A stretch of 64,000 nucleotides of DNA from Octopus sinensis (Eukaryota): NCBI RefSeq assembly GCF_006345805.1, contig NC_043005.1, positions 63,240,001-63,304,000 on the forward strand, written 5' to 3'. Below the pieces are notes generated by a model that ran no database searches, was not told the origin of the DNA, and was given only the letters and a program-made list of their open reading frames with translations. Below are positions 1-11,701 of the stretch, piece by piece. The translations under genes and the position numbers were made by a program. How positions within the stretch are numbered: position 1 is the stretch's first letter; each line of letters starts with the position of its first letter.

Positions 1-422
1 AAGCACGCTATAAAAATGAAACTACTGAACAACAACAACAACAATAATAATGATAATGAAATTATTGTGTATAGTGCTCAGGTACACTACAATTCATCAA
101 AGGTGCATGTACAGTACATAGAATTATGTACAAAAGTCATGTCACTTGGTTTCAGTCGTCTGTGAGAAAATGTCCTTAGAAATCCTGCCCCAATATAGTC
201 TCATCTGGCCCATGTGAGCAACAAAAAGTAGACATGAAATGACAGTGATGACAATAACGACAACAACAACACCAACAACAATAACAAAGACATAGACATA
301 TATCTTGTTGATATCATAAAAAATTTTAAACACTTGTGAGAATGTGAAATAATTTCTTTTTGAAATAGTATAATATCTCAAACCACACACACTTAAGGCT
401 ATAAATAATAATATATAAATTA

Positions 423-505
423 CTGGGTTGACAAAAAAAAAACTTTTTAGATAGAAAAACTCAATATTGATTTCTCACTTAATTATAAAGCTTTAGTCAA
501 CCTAA
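423..505. mobile_element. Tiny mariner-type MITE (about 83 bp)
   Basis: TA-CTGGGTTGAC ... GTCAACCTAA-TA: imperfect terminal inverted repeats flanked by TA; right half recurs at about 3465-3512. Confidence 0.45.
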
Positions 506-652
506 TATTTATTTGTTATTATTTATAGCTTTATGTCTGTGCTTCCAAGTATGCTACTCCAAAAAGGAAATATATACATATATAAATATATTTATACAGG
601 CATACATACATATATGTATATATATACATATATCTCTACATATATGTATATA

Positions 653-1079
653 TTTCGTTTTTGGATTTTGTTTGCAAGATTCTTTATATGAGTTCGTGTG
701 TTGAAGCATATTCTGTTGTGTCTGGGGAGAGTCATTTTCTTTTTGTGCCTTATAAATTAATACACTGACTGATAAAATTTCCACTTATTTCTTATTTTTA
801 TTTTCCTAAAATTTTCGTTGCATCTTGCAACCTTGATATTAATTTGCTTAATATCAATTTAAAACCAGTGGTCTAACATATAGAAAAATCTGAAAATCCA
901 GAAAAATTGTCTTACATACATATAAGAGGGATGACCATTACAACTATTGAAAAGGTTGCAAGGCGCAATGAAAATTTTAGGAAAATAAAAATAAGAAATA
1001 AGGGGAAATTTTACCGGTGAGTGTGTTAAATTATAAAGCACAAAAAGAAAAATGACCCTCCCCAGACACAACAGAATAT
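653..1079. mobile_element. Head-to-head inverted non-autonomous element (Penelope-like pseudo-LTR type) flanked by TA-rich microsatellites
   Basis: Arms 708-834 and 952-1079 are diverged reverse complements; 10-bp hairpin TTGATATTAA/TTAATATCAA (833-857) at the junction; left terminal segment recurs at about 60462-60530. Confidence 0.65.
944..980 (+). ncRNA. Minimal type I hammerhead ribozyme variant (U3-A8 core)
   Basis: CTA TTGAAAA G GTTGC aaggc GCAAT GAA AATT T TAG; the left arm (minus strand, from 834) has stem II closing as GTTGC/GCAAC GAAA; palindromic AATT stem III; only a 3-bp stem I. Confidence 0.55.
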
Positions 1080-1529
1080 ACATATATGCATATATATATA
1101 TACATATACATACATATATATATACATATATATATATACATATATATATATACACACACATATGTGTGTGTGTATGTATATATATTCAAATATGAATTAG
1201 AAGTAGCTTGAGGTATATAAACAAAATTGAACACACATACACAAAATATGTGTGTTGTTAGTTTGTGGATTGGCTGTGACTTTTATGTGTAAGAGAAAAT
1301 GTTCTCTATACTCCAGGTACATAAAGAATATATTCTTTTATACTTAAAAACTGCAGTCAACCCATGAACTAACAACACACAGACCTTGTGTATGTATGTT
1401 TGAATTTGTTCATATATATGTATATATATTGTCAGTAAATCATAAATCTAAAAGAGAAGCATACTCTAAGTTATAGAGCAGTAATTAGATAAAAATAGTT
1501 ATGGCTGGTCTATGGGGTTGCCCTAGGTT

Positions 1530-1850
1530 TCATATCCCCAGGACTTATTCTTTGTAAGCCTAGTACTTATTCTATTAGTCTCTTTTGCTGAACAGTTAAG
1601 TTATGGAGACATAAACACACCAACATCAGTGTCAAGCAATGGTGGGGAGAAAAACACAGACACACAAACACATACATATATATATATATATATAATATAT
1701 ACGGCAAGCTTCTTTCAGGTTCTGTCTACTAAATCCACTCAAAGGGCTTTGGTTGGCCCGAGGCTATAGTAGAAGACACTTGCCCAAGATGCCACACAGT
1801 GGGACTGAACCCAGAACAATGTGGTTGGGAAGCAAGCTTCTTACCACATT
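1530..1850 (-). mobile_element. tRNA-derived SINE family A (CORE-like body)
   Basis: Reverse complement of the family head/body (GGGTTCAGTCCCACTG...CTTGGGCAAGTGTCTTCTACTATAGCC) seen in many other copies. Confidence 0.8.
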
Positions 1851-2224
1851 TGCACCAGTATAATTATATATTTGCACCAGTATAATTATATATCTACTTT
1901 AATGCATATACTCCAAGCAATTGTCTATACATTTATTCTACATAATGTTTTGATAATTCATATCATTCTAAACTTTTGTGAATTGAGCCCTTAAGGTAGA
2001 TTCTATGCGAAAAAACATTCTTGCTGGATTTTGAGAACTATTTATGCTTATAGTTCTATGCAGGGATTATATCTGTATATACTGAAGAATTTTGTTGAGA
2101 AAAAAAATTCAGAATTTGAAATAACTTCAACTTGATATTTACACTTAGTGGTTTTATGCACTCAATGTCATGGTTATTTATAACCTAGTTGTAAAATTTG
2201 AATGTCTTTTATTTGCTTCCCAGA

Positions 2225-2365
2225 TACAATCTTTGTGTGTGTGTGTGTGTGCGTGTATATACATATATGTTTGTATGTGCATGTATATATATATATACAT
2301 ATACATACATATATATATATATGTATATATACATATATATATACATAATATATATATATATATAC

Positions 2366-2399
<34 letters not shown>

Positions 2400-2425
2400 A
2401 CATATATATATATATATATATATAG

Positions 2426-2459
<34 letters not shown>

Positions 2460-2495
2460 TTATATATACATACATATATATATATTTATATATAC

Positions 2496-2526
<31 letters not shown>

Positions 2527-2730
2527 CATACATACATACATATATATGTATATATATATACATATATATATATACATATATATACATATATATATATACA
2601 TATATATACATATATATATATACATATATATACATATATATATATATACATATATATATACATACATATATATATATACATATATATACATATATATATA
2701 TAATACATATATATACATATATATATATAC

Positions 2731-2763
<33 letters not shown>

Positions 2764-2774
2764 CATATATATAC

Positions 2775-2807
<33 letters not shown>

Positions 2808-2901
2808 CATATATATACATATATATATACATACATACATATATATATTATATATATACATATATATATATATATACATATATATACATATATATATATA
2901 T

Positions 2902-2951
<50 letters not shown>

Positions 2952-2972
2952 ATATATATATACATATACATT

Positions 2973-3035
<63 letters not shown>
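2225..3035. repeat. Long compound (TG)/(TA)/(TATATATACA) microsatellite, about 800 bp
   Basis: Direct; source of the spurious YI/MYI ORFs. Confidence 0.97.
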
Positions 3036-3038
<3 letters not shown>

Positions 3039-3736
3039 TATGCATTTTTACTAGGTTTTTCACGCTAACTACTGATAATTTCTTTTAAAGATTTTATCCT
3101 CAATTCTTAATTTTTATATATATATATATATATGCATACATACACATAAGCATATGTGGGGGTCAGCCAGGTGTGTGTGTGTTCTTTTCCCATCAATTCA
3201 GCAGTTTGTTCTGAAAATTTTGTAATGAGTACGTCTTTCATATGATTTAGACAGAAATAATTCCCATTGGCTGTTGAATTTGAAAAGTTAGTTTTATGAA
3301 AACTTACCAAATCATTTATAAGCATATTTCCACTAAAATATATATCTTTATTTTATTTATTATAGTTATGAAATATTATTTTTATTCTATCAAATCATTT
3401 TATAGAAATCATTCAATTTAGTTTTTTTTAATATTCTGTTTCCTCCATTTTATGAATTTTGATTGATATTGATTTCTGACTTAAATACAAATAAAACTTT
3501 AGTCAACTGAATCAACTAAATATTATTATTACTGCATAACTGGTATTAATTTTATTGAGTTCTGATGACAGGAGGGAGAAAGAAAAGTTGACTCTAGTGA
3601 AATACGAACTCACAATGTCAGATAAAATTAAGTACTTCATCACATCCACATAATACAGAGTAGTATTGTATTTTTTGCTTATTTTTACATTTGATACATA
3701 TTTCATTTTTTTTTTTACATATATATATACTTTTCT

Positions 3737-3945
3737 ATCCAAGGTATAAGGCCTGAATTTTTTGGGAGGGCGCCAGTCGATTAAATCGACCCCAGTATGT
3801 AACTGGTACTCAATTTATTGACCCTGAAAGGATGAAACGCAAAGTCGACCTCAGCGGAATTTGAACTCAGAATATAAAGACAGACGAAATACTACTAAGC
3901 ATTTCGCCTGGCGTGCTAACATTTCTGCCAGCTCATCACCTTTTT
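3737..3945 (-). mobile_element. SINE family B (Meta-domain-like)
   Basis: Reverse complement reads GAGTTCAAATTCCGCTGAGGTCGACTTTGCGTTTCATCCTTTCAGGGTCAATAAATTGAGTACCAG, resembling the MetaSINE central domain. Confidence 0.85.
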
Positions 3946-3954
3946 ACATATATA

Positions 3955-5262
3955 TAGGTGCAGGTGTGGCTATGTGATAAGATGTTTGCTTCCTAACCAC
4001 ATGGTTTCAGGTTCAGTCTCAAAGCATGCACTTTGGGTGTCTTCTACTACTCCTGATGCCAACAAACCTGCACAAATGGGATTTGAGTGAAGACTAGCTG
4101 TGTAGATTTTGTGGAGAAAAGGGGTACCCTGGCACACATCTTGGTAGAGTGCAGAGTAGCACTTTCTCAAGGCAGATATAAATGGCAACACCTGCTCACA
4201 CCCTGGAGCAGCAAAGGTGCAAGAAACATCATCACCAAGGGAAGGCAACAGCAGCAATTAAGTTCATGAAAGAGGGAGAGAGAACAGTAAAGTACGTAGC
4301 TTGCCACAAGGATCTCAAGCATGGGATATGAAAGTGGACTTAGGGGAGAGATAGTAGTTACTCAGGTTGTACATACATCCCTGAGGCCAGATGTGATCCT
4401 GTAGTCTGAAAAGGCCAAGAAAATTATTGTAATTGAACTAACAGTCTCGTGGGAAAAGGGGGATATGATGAGGTCCATGAATCTGAAGTGTGCCAGATAT
4501 GAGAGCCTTCTACAAGATTGCAGGGGGGAAGGGGTAGCTTTTCCCAGTCAAGTTTGGCTGTAGAGGATTCCCTGCTCAGTCAGCATGGAAGATGCTCACA
4601 GTAACTGAAATGAGAGGTAAGGAGTGAAGAGAGGCTGTAGGCAGGAAGAGAGAGGCAGCTGAAAGAGCCTCTTATTAGCTTTGGAGAATGAGAGAAGAGT
4701 TAAGCTGGAAGCCAGGAGGAGATGAGGAGCAGTGACTTGGCCACCTCTGCTGACCCATCAATGGGAGAGTGTTATGGTTCAGGGTCGACATACCTGATGA
4801 ATGTTAGATACCATCTGACAACATTAGTTCCTCATGGCAAAAGCTCCATTCACTTTGCTGAATGGATAAAGCACCTCCTTATAGGTGTTACTTACAAACA
4901 TAGTACCAAGCCAAGTAAAGCTTTGTGAGTAGATCTAGTGGATAGAAACTGAAAGAATCCCATCATATAAGTGTAAGTGTATGCATGTGTGTATTTGTAT
5001 GTATGTGTATATGTGTGCTTGTGCATGTGTGTTACTGTCTCCTTGTCTTGGTTTCCCATGATAGTTGTAAATGAATATCACTATAAGGCAGGTGGTAGCC
5101 TTTGTTTCCAGTCTTCATGAAAACAAGTCTGGTTGTGAAGAAATATTACTTGGAAACAGGTGAGGGATAGTGACAGTAAGGACATCCAGCTATAGAAAAA
5201 TCTGACTCAACAAATTCCGTTCAACCCTTGTAAGAATGGAAAAGCGGGCATTAACAGTGAGA
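3955..5262 (+). mobile_element. SINE family A with RTE-type tail, split by a Hero LINE fragment
   Basis: Head 3955-4049 ends GTGTCTTCTACTA; body resumes at 4901 (TAGTACCAAGCCAAGTAAAGCTTTGTGAGT); tail block AAGGACATCCAGCTATAGAAAAA. Confidence 0.65.
4050..4900 (+). mobile_element. 3' fragment of Hero-type (R2-group, restriction-like endonuclease) LINE, degenerate
   Basis: Translations PTNLHKWDLSED, GTLAHILVECRVALSQGRYKWQH, RPDVIL*SEKAKKIIVIELTVSWE, CRGFPAQSAWKML, EAAERASY*LWRMR. Confidence 0.8.
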
Positions 5263-5299
5263 CTAATTATGACGCATAATTTCAAGCATATTTGTATGC

Positions 5300-5720
5300 T
5301 TTTGCTTGTTACAGTCATTTTTTACTCTGGCCACGCTGGAGCACTGCCTTAAAGGCTTTTTTGAGTTGAAGAAGTCAACCTCAGGACTTATTCTTTGTAA
5401 GCTTAGTAATTATTCTATTGACCTCTTTTGCTGAACTGCTAGGTTACACGGATGTAAACACACCAACATCGGTTGTCTATTGATGGCCAGGGGAAAAACA
5501 CAGACACAAAAACACATACATAAATATATATACATATGTATGTATATACATACATACAATGGGCTTCTTTCAGTTTCTGTCCACCAATTCCACTCACAAG
5601 GCTTTGGTCAGCCTGAAGCTATAGTAGAAGACACTTACCAAAGGTGTCAAATGGTGGGACTAAATCCAGAACCAGGTGGGTGTGAAGCAAGCTTCTTACC
5701 ACATAGCCATGCTGGCGTAT
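5300..5720 (-). mobile_element. SINE family A
   Basis: Near full-length reverse complement of 9865-10275. Confidence 0.85.
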
Positions 5721-6194
5721 GTATATGGTTTATTTGCATTGGTGCTTCAGCATGGCCACAGTCAAATGACTAAAACAAATAAAAGTATATATTAATTTTT
5801 TTTTAATCAGCTAAAGTCATGCAAGCTAAATTTGAACTTAGGATCTAGAGTAAAGGAACCAATGATGGGATAAGCCTTATGGGTCTAGGGATCCAATTCT
5901 GATCTATGTATGGTATGGCTTGCTGTCAATAAATAAATTCATACCATAAGGCCCAACACAGTGATTTGCTTGGGGCTCTATAGTGCTCTGTCTACGACCA
6001 AAGTGATTAGCTTCATAATACTATGTCACTTTATATGTGATGTCAACCATTCTCAGAACTGACCACATCCCACATCATATTTCTTTCTTTGACTCCAAGA
6101 ACCAGAAGTATATCCTTTCAGTGCACAGTTTTTTGCCATGTGAAAGTGTGCCATTCAGATACATACACACCCACTATATTCATCATTATCATCA

Positions 6195-6440
6195 TCATCA
6201 TCATCGTCCGTTCTCCATGCTAGCATGGGTTCGACGGTTCGACCAGGGATCTGGGAGTCCAGAAGGCTGCACCAGGCTCCAGTCTGATCTAGCAGTGTTT
6301 CTATGGCTGGATGCCCTTCCTAACGCCAACCACTCCGTGAGTGTAGGGGGTGCTTTTTACGTGCCACCAGCACAGGTGCGAGGGGAGGCTGGCAACGGCC
6401 ACAATCGGATTGGTGCATTTTACGTGCCACCGGCACGGAA
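6195..6440 (-). mobile_element. RTE LINE 3' tail (5'-truncated copy)
   Basis: (CAT)n-CGTCCGTTCTCCATGCTAGCATGGG...GGATGCCCTTCCTAACGCCAACC matches the 3' end of the RTE at 55960-56106. Confidence 0.85.
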
Positions 6441-7524
6441 TAATTGTAGTAATTGGCCAAAAGATAGTTTCTAATTAGTCACTTACCCAGCAAGAAATAA
6501 CAGTAAAATTTTCTTCATATTACACCATACTTTCTTTAAAATATAGTACCACATATTAGATAAAGTATCTATAATATTAGATGTGGTGGTCAACATCTGG
6601 AATGCCTTTCATCTTAGGTCTACTTGATCAGAGCTGAGCTATTGTTAAACGACCACCTACATTAATGTAAACATCAATCTTGCATGAAATGGTGAATGGC
6701 TTTCGTGTCCAGCTGTATTCTCATCTCACTTCTGCTTTCTCTTTCTGTCATGTAAGATTAATGTTGAATATTACTTTCAATAGATTACACTTAAATCATT
6801 TCTTTCTCTGGAACCTGCGAATTTTGTGCCCAGCCTTAATTCCATGTGATCTCCTGTTCTTTATACATACCTCATATAAACCGTCTTTTGTATGGAGTCA
6901 AAAAATATAAATTTTTTTGCTCATTTACTACTTGCATTCTCATGTAATTTCTCTTCTGAAGAAGTCTGTTAACTTACACACTCACCAAAAGTATGTTCGG
7001 TATCAATTTTCCTTTTGCACATTTACTATTTACATTTAGCCATGATAACACTGATTCAGCATATTTTCTTCTGGTGGGGTAGGAGTACATTGCTTGCTGT
7101 AAGAGATTCTGAAAATTATATCTGTTAAATTTACCAGGAAATTTTCAACAATATATTATGAAAAAAAATCAATAAATGGAAAGATAGCGTGGACCAACAA
7201 AGAAAATAAATTTGTTGTAATAGCCATATAAATATGACAGTAGTAGGAATTGATGCATATGTATTGGTATGAAGCCAGGTAGACTTGTATGATGAATGTA
7301 CTTAGTAGATAAGGTGACAACCTACTAGCTGAAGTGCTGATGGTGTGTATTCTACCACAAGCAACTGTTGTATGGTAGCCTTGTGGTCAATACTCTCATC
7401 ACACATTACAACAATTTGTCTAGCTATGAACTGGATAGTAGAATTTGAATAGGATTGTATCAAGAACAGAAGTTATAAATACAATCAGAATACAATTCAG
7501 AAGTGAAAATTTCTTATAAGTGCA

Positions 7525-7950
7525 AGCATGACTGTGTAGGAAGACATTTGATTGTTTGATTCCCAGTCACATGGTTCTGGGTTCAGCTCCACTGTGTGGA
7601 ATCTTGGGGAAGTGTCTTTTAGCCCTTGACCATCCAAAGTGTTGTGAGTGTACTAGGTTGGCAGAAACTGAAAGAAGCCCACTGACAAAGGCGGCGAGTT
7701 GGCAGAAACATTAGCATGCCGGGCGAAATGCTTAGCGGTATTTCATCCGTCCTTACATTTTGAGTTCAAATTCCGCTGAGGTCAACTTTGACTTTCATCC
7801 TTTCAGGGTCGATAAATTAAGTACCAGTTACGCACTGGTGGGTCGATGTAATTGACTTAATCCCTTTGTTTGTCCTTGTTTGTACCCTCTATGTTTAGCC
7901 CCTTGTGGGCAATAAAGAAATAAGAAGCTGAAAGAAGTCCACTGTGTATA
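7525..7950 (+). mobile_element. SINE A fragment with nested SINE B (7685-7922)
   Basis: SINE B flanked by 22-bp target-site duplication 7663-7684 / 7923-7944 (2 mismatches). Confidence 0.85.
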
Positions 7951-7959
7951 TATATAGGG

Positions 7960-8290
7960 TAAAGACTACCTTCAGTCATGACTGACCATGAGATTGCACC
8001 TAGAAAGTTCCCTTCCAAGGCACAAGTCTGAGCAAGGTTGTTTATGGCTGACCAGCGGTCACCCATGCATACCAACTTCCCCACTCCATGCAATCAATGT
8101 TATCCAAGGGAAAGGCAAAGGCCAATACAGCTTGACACCAGTGACATTGCAACTCATTTCTACAAATGAGTGAACTGAAACAACGTGAAATTAAGTGTCT
8201 TGTTCATGAACACAACACAGCACGGTACAGGAATTGAACTCACTACCTCATTATTGTGATCCTGACACTTTAACCACTGAACCATATAGA
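7960..8290 (-). mobile_element. tRNA-derived SINE family D
   Basis: Reverse complement has tRNA-like head (CAGTGGTTAAAGTGTCAGGATCAC...GAGTTCAATTCC) and GTGTTCATGAACAAGACACTT box. Confidence 0.75.
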
Positions 8291-8299
8291 TATATATAT

Positions 8300-8458
8300 A
8301 TTCTTTCCTTGTTTCTTTCTGTGAAAGAGTGTAGGCTTGAAACGTTAAAGACTTTTTCACTTCCTGAGCATTAAACTAATACATCTGTTTGTAATCTGCA
8401 CCACCTGTCATCGTTTTTTTTTTTTTTTTTTTTTTTTTTTGTGAATTCTCCCCCTATA
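8300..8458 (+). mobile_element. Short hammerhead-bearing element ending in (TA)n
   Basis: Homologous to 43506-43650 (minus), 32225-32340 (minus) and 56150-56232 (plus): shared ACTAATACATCTGTTTG...CCACCTGTC. Confidence 0.7.
8314..8351 (+). ncRNA. Minimal hammerhead-like fold, core variant CUGUGAA
   Basis: TCTTT CTGTGAA A GAGT gtag GCTT GAA ACGT T AAAGA: 5-bp stem I, 4-bp stem II, palindromic ACGT stem III; core deviates at positions 6 and 8. Confidence 0.5.
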
Positions 8459-8859
8459 TATATATAAAGAGAGAGAGAGGGAGAGAGATATGGAGAGAGA
8501 GAAAGAGAGAGGGAGAGAGACATATGTATCTGTGTATGTGTGTATCTTTCTGTTTGTATTTGTCCCAACATCACTGCTTGTCAAGCATTTTTGTTTTGTT
8601 TACATCTCCATAGCTTGGTGGTTTAACAAGAATAAGTGCCAAACTTGAATTGGTACTGGGTTCAATTTGTTTAACTAAGCCCTTCAACTTGGTTTTATCC
8701 ATGACTGAAGTAAAGAGAGTAAATGCCATATCTTGTTCAATTTGTATTTGCTGTGTCTAGAGTTTGAAGTAAGGAGCAGAGCTCATGGCCTTCACAGACC
8801 CTCTGAGATTAGTGAGATTGATGTCATTAATGTCCTTACTAAATAATTTCAAGTCAACA

Positions 8860-9270
8860 CCTGTAGGGAGACATGAGTAAGAAAGAAGTTCTGGAGGCGG
8901 GGCCAATGATCTGAGATGGAAGGACTGGGAGCAGCAGTTAGTACTGGACCTGGGGTGGGGTTAGACATAAGAAGCATTATGAGAGGAGGAGGAAAGTTGG
9001 TGCATTGGGAATATCTGAATGGAGTTAGCATGAGCCTAGTAAGCTCCAAGAAGAGAAAGTTATAGTAGTAGTAGAAAAGCAGAGCAAGGAGCTAGTACTC
9101 CTATGGGTCAGAGGGTGGGATATGTCTGTGAGTTACTTTATGCCAGTTTGATGACCCTTTACCGCATACTGCCTAGGATGTCTATGTATGCAAATGCAGC
9201 AATAGGCACTCCATTGGTTATGACAATGAGGGTTCCAGTTGATCCAATCAATGGAACAGCCTGCTCATGA
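8860..9270 (-). mobile_element. Degenerate CR1/L2-group LINE 3' relic
   Basis: Minus-strand translation LLALLFYYYYNFLFLELTRLMLTP resembles the SLxLFYRYY..CSxELA C-terminus of such ORF2s; many stops. Confidence 0.35.
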
Positions 9271-9339
9271 AGTTAGCATTCAAGTGGCTGAATACTCCAC
9301 AGATACATGCCCCCATTAATGTAGTTCTTGGGGAGATCC

Positions 9340-9510
9340 AGAATAACACAGGTTGGCCCTTTGATATACATGTACTACTCATTTTTGCCATCTTAGTGGA
9401 CTGGAGCAATTTGAAATAAAGTGTCATCTCAGTGACACAATGTGTCACCAGGAATGAAACCCACAACCTTATGATTGCAAGCCATGTACTCTAAGCACTA
9501 AGCCACACAG
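9340..9510 (-). mobile_element. SINE family D, partial
   Basis: Reverse complement GTGTGGCTTAGTGCTTAGAG...TTGTGTCACTGAGATGACACTTTATTTC...TTGCTCCAGTCCAC. Confidence 0.6.
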
Positions 9511-9864
9511 CAATAGGAGTCACAACAAAATTAATGTTTATGTAACTCACCTGGAATACTGGATTCAGCTTCTTATGGTCTGCAGAAAGAAAGATTTGTA
9601 GGTTTTCCTGTAATAGTGGCTATCACAAATCTAATCATTATAGATGTGTGTATATATGTACTTATATTCAGACAAATGAAAGAAAATGAAATTAATGATA
9701 TTCTTTACTCAAAACCACTACAATTGTTTCAATGCATTTTCACACCTGTAGTACTGTGGATGAGGTTTGCACAGCATTCTACAAAGTTTTACCTGGATCT
9801 TAACTATGTATGTTGGTCAGTGGTATATATACTGTAGAAAACATTTTAATAAAAATAAGTGAAT

Positions 9865-10275
9865 ACAGGCGTAGGAGTGGCTGAGTAGTAAGTAGCTTGT
9901 TTACGAACCACATGATTTCGGGTTCAGTCCCACTGTGTGTCACATTGGGCAAGTGTCTTCTACAATAGCCTCAGGCCGACCAAAGCCTTGTGAGTGGATT
10001 TGGTAGACGGAAACTGGAAGAAGCCCATCGTATATATGTATATATGTGTGTGTGTGTGTGTGTGTATATGTTTGTGTGTCTGTGTTTGTCCCCCTAACAT
10101 CGCTTGACAACCGATGCTGGTGTGTTTACATCCCTGTAACTTAGCGGTTTGGAAAATGAGACCGATAGAATAAGTATTAGACTTACAAAGAATAAGTCCT
10201 GGGGTCGATTTGCTCAACTAAAAGCAGTGCTCCAGCATGGCCACAGTCAAATCACTGAAACAAGTAAAAGAGTAA
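9865..10275 (+). mobile_element. SINE family A, near full length
   Basis: tRNA-like head with B box GGGTTCAGTCCC, CORE-like ATTGGGCAAGTG, internal (TA)/(TG), tail AATAAGTCCTGGGGTCGATTTG...CAAATCACTGAAACAAGTAAAAGAGTA. Confidence 0.9.
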
Positions 10276-11483
10276 ATCTCCGCTCTCCTCGTTATCAATT
10301 GTGGGTGTGTGCGTGTTTGTGTTTGTTTGTGTATGCATGTGTGTGTATGAATGTGTGCATGCATGTGTGTGTGTGGGGGGGGGTATTTATTAATATATGC
10401 ATGCAGGAACAGTGGGAATCCCTTATAGCTGATTAAGATATTTAATTTTTGTTTGATACATAATTTTGATGTTGAACAGGCACATAGATAACAGACTTGA
10501 CAACAAAATAAACTGAAGCAATACAAGACATTCTGCTCTCAAACACAAAACACTAACAACAGACATATGTAATTATTTTGCTAAATAAATTTGATCACAT
10601 ATATTTTTCAGATGCAGAGCATAACTAGTTTTGCTGGATTCCAACTTTCTTTTCTTTTTTAGATATTCGTTAATGCCCCTGTTTGCTGTGAATAATCAGA
10701 TTCTTTTGAACTGTCAATTTAGAGAAAAACTACTGAATTTGTCTGCACAGTTATTTACTAATCAGCTTCTTATCTATAAGTATCAACCACGTACAAAGTG
10801 CTTCTTTGTTTCTTTTCTGTTTTTTTCCTCTAAGCTATACAAACTATACATTACCAAAGTAAAAGACCATTCAAATATGTAAAAAATAGTTTGCCACTGC
10901 AGTAAGATCCAGCCCTTATATTTTCTACCAACCCTTTTATTACCATATTTCTGTTGAAACATTGTTTTATTTCAGTTAAATTAGAAAATAATGAAGAGTC
11001 TAGTAAAATAAATTTTGTCTGCATTTTGTCTGAAATTGTGATGAGATGAAAAGATTTAACTTAAATCATTTTTGAACTGGAACTTTGCATCATACAAAAC
11101 CAGGGTTAATCTCAGGTGTTTTGATATCAAAGGGTTAAATAACATTCCATCATTCACATATATGTCACACCCAAAAACTTTACTACATAACGAGCCAATA
11201 AGAAGGCCTCTATGGATGGTTGCTTGGCAAAAAGTAAGAGTTGTTTCTCTCAAAACTCCTTTCTATTGTCTTAGAAAAGTAAGAACACAATAGCTAATGT
11301 AGTATAAGATTTATAATATGTGAAAGAAATATAAAAGTGAAAAACAGAATTGAACATCTTTTAACAAAGGTCTGTTTAATCAAAACTGACCCGGGGCTAA
11401 AATAATACTAATACTTACAAAACCATTGTGACCACACGATTCTTTAAACACAATCCTAGTAAACACAAACAAGCACACCAAGG

Positions 11484-11701
11484 TTCTTTTCTACTCTCGA
11501 CACAAGGCTCAAAATTTTGGGGGAGGGGGTCAGTCGATTAGATCGACTTCAGTATGCAAATGGTACTTAATTTATCGAGCCCGAAAGGATGAAAGGCAAA
11601 GTCGACTTTGGTGGAATTCAAACTCAGAACATAAAGACAGATGAAATACCGCTAAGTATTTCACCTGGCATGCTAACATTTCTGCCAGCTCATAACCTTT
11701 T
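11484..11701 (-). mobile_element. SINE family B with target-site duplication
   Basis: Flanked by CAAGCACACCAAGG (11470-11483) and CAAGCACATTAAGG (11702-11715). Confidence 0.9.

Noticed and set aside
2170-3063. Long ORFs rich in Y/I/M/C (also near 22.2, 23.0, 33.2, 34.8 and 52.7 kb)
   Set aside because: Pure translations of (TA)/(TG)/(CA) microsatellites
4785-4835. CTGATGA with an ATGT/ACAT stem in the Hero 3' region
   Set aside because: No GAAA or stem III follows
9551-9607. Isolated AG...GT micro-exon candidates on the minus strand (ENLQIFLSADHKKLNPVFQ here; similar ones near 16227-16271, 21492-21552 and 47550-47588)
   Set aside because: Splice-like signals exist but peptides match no family I recognise and cannot be chained into a gene; needs RNA-seq
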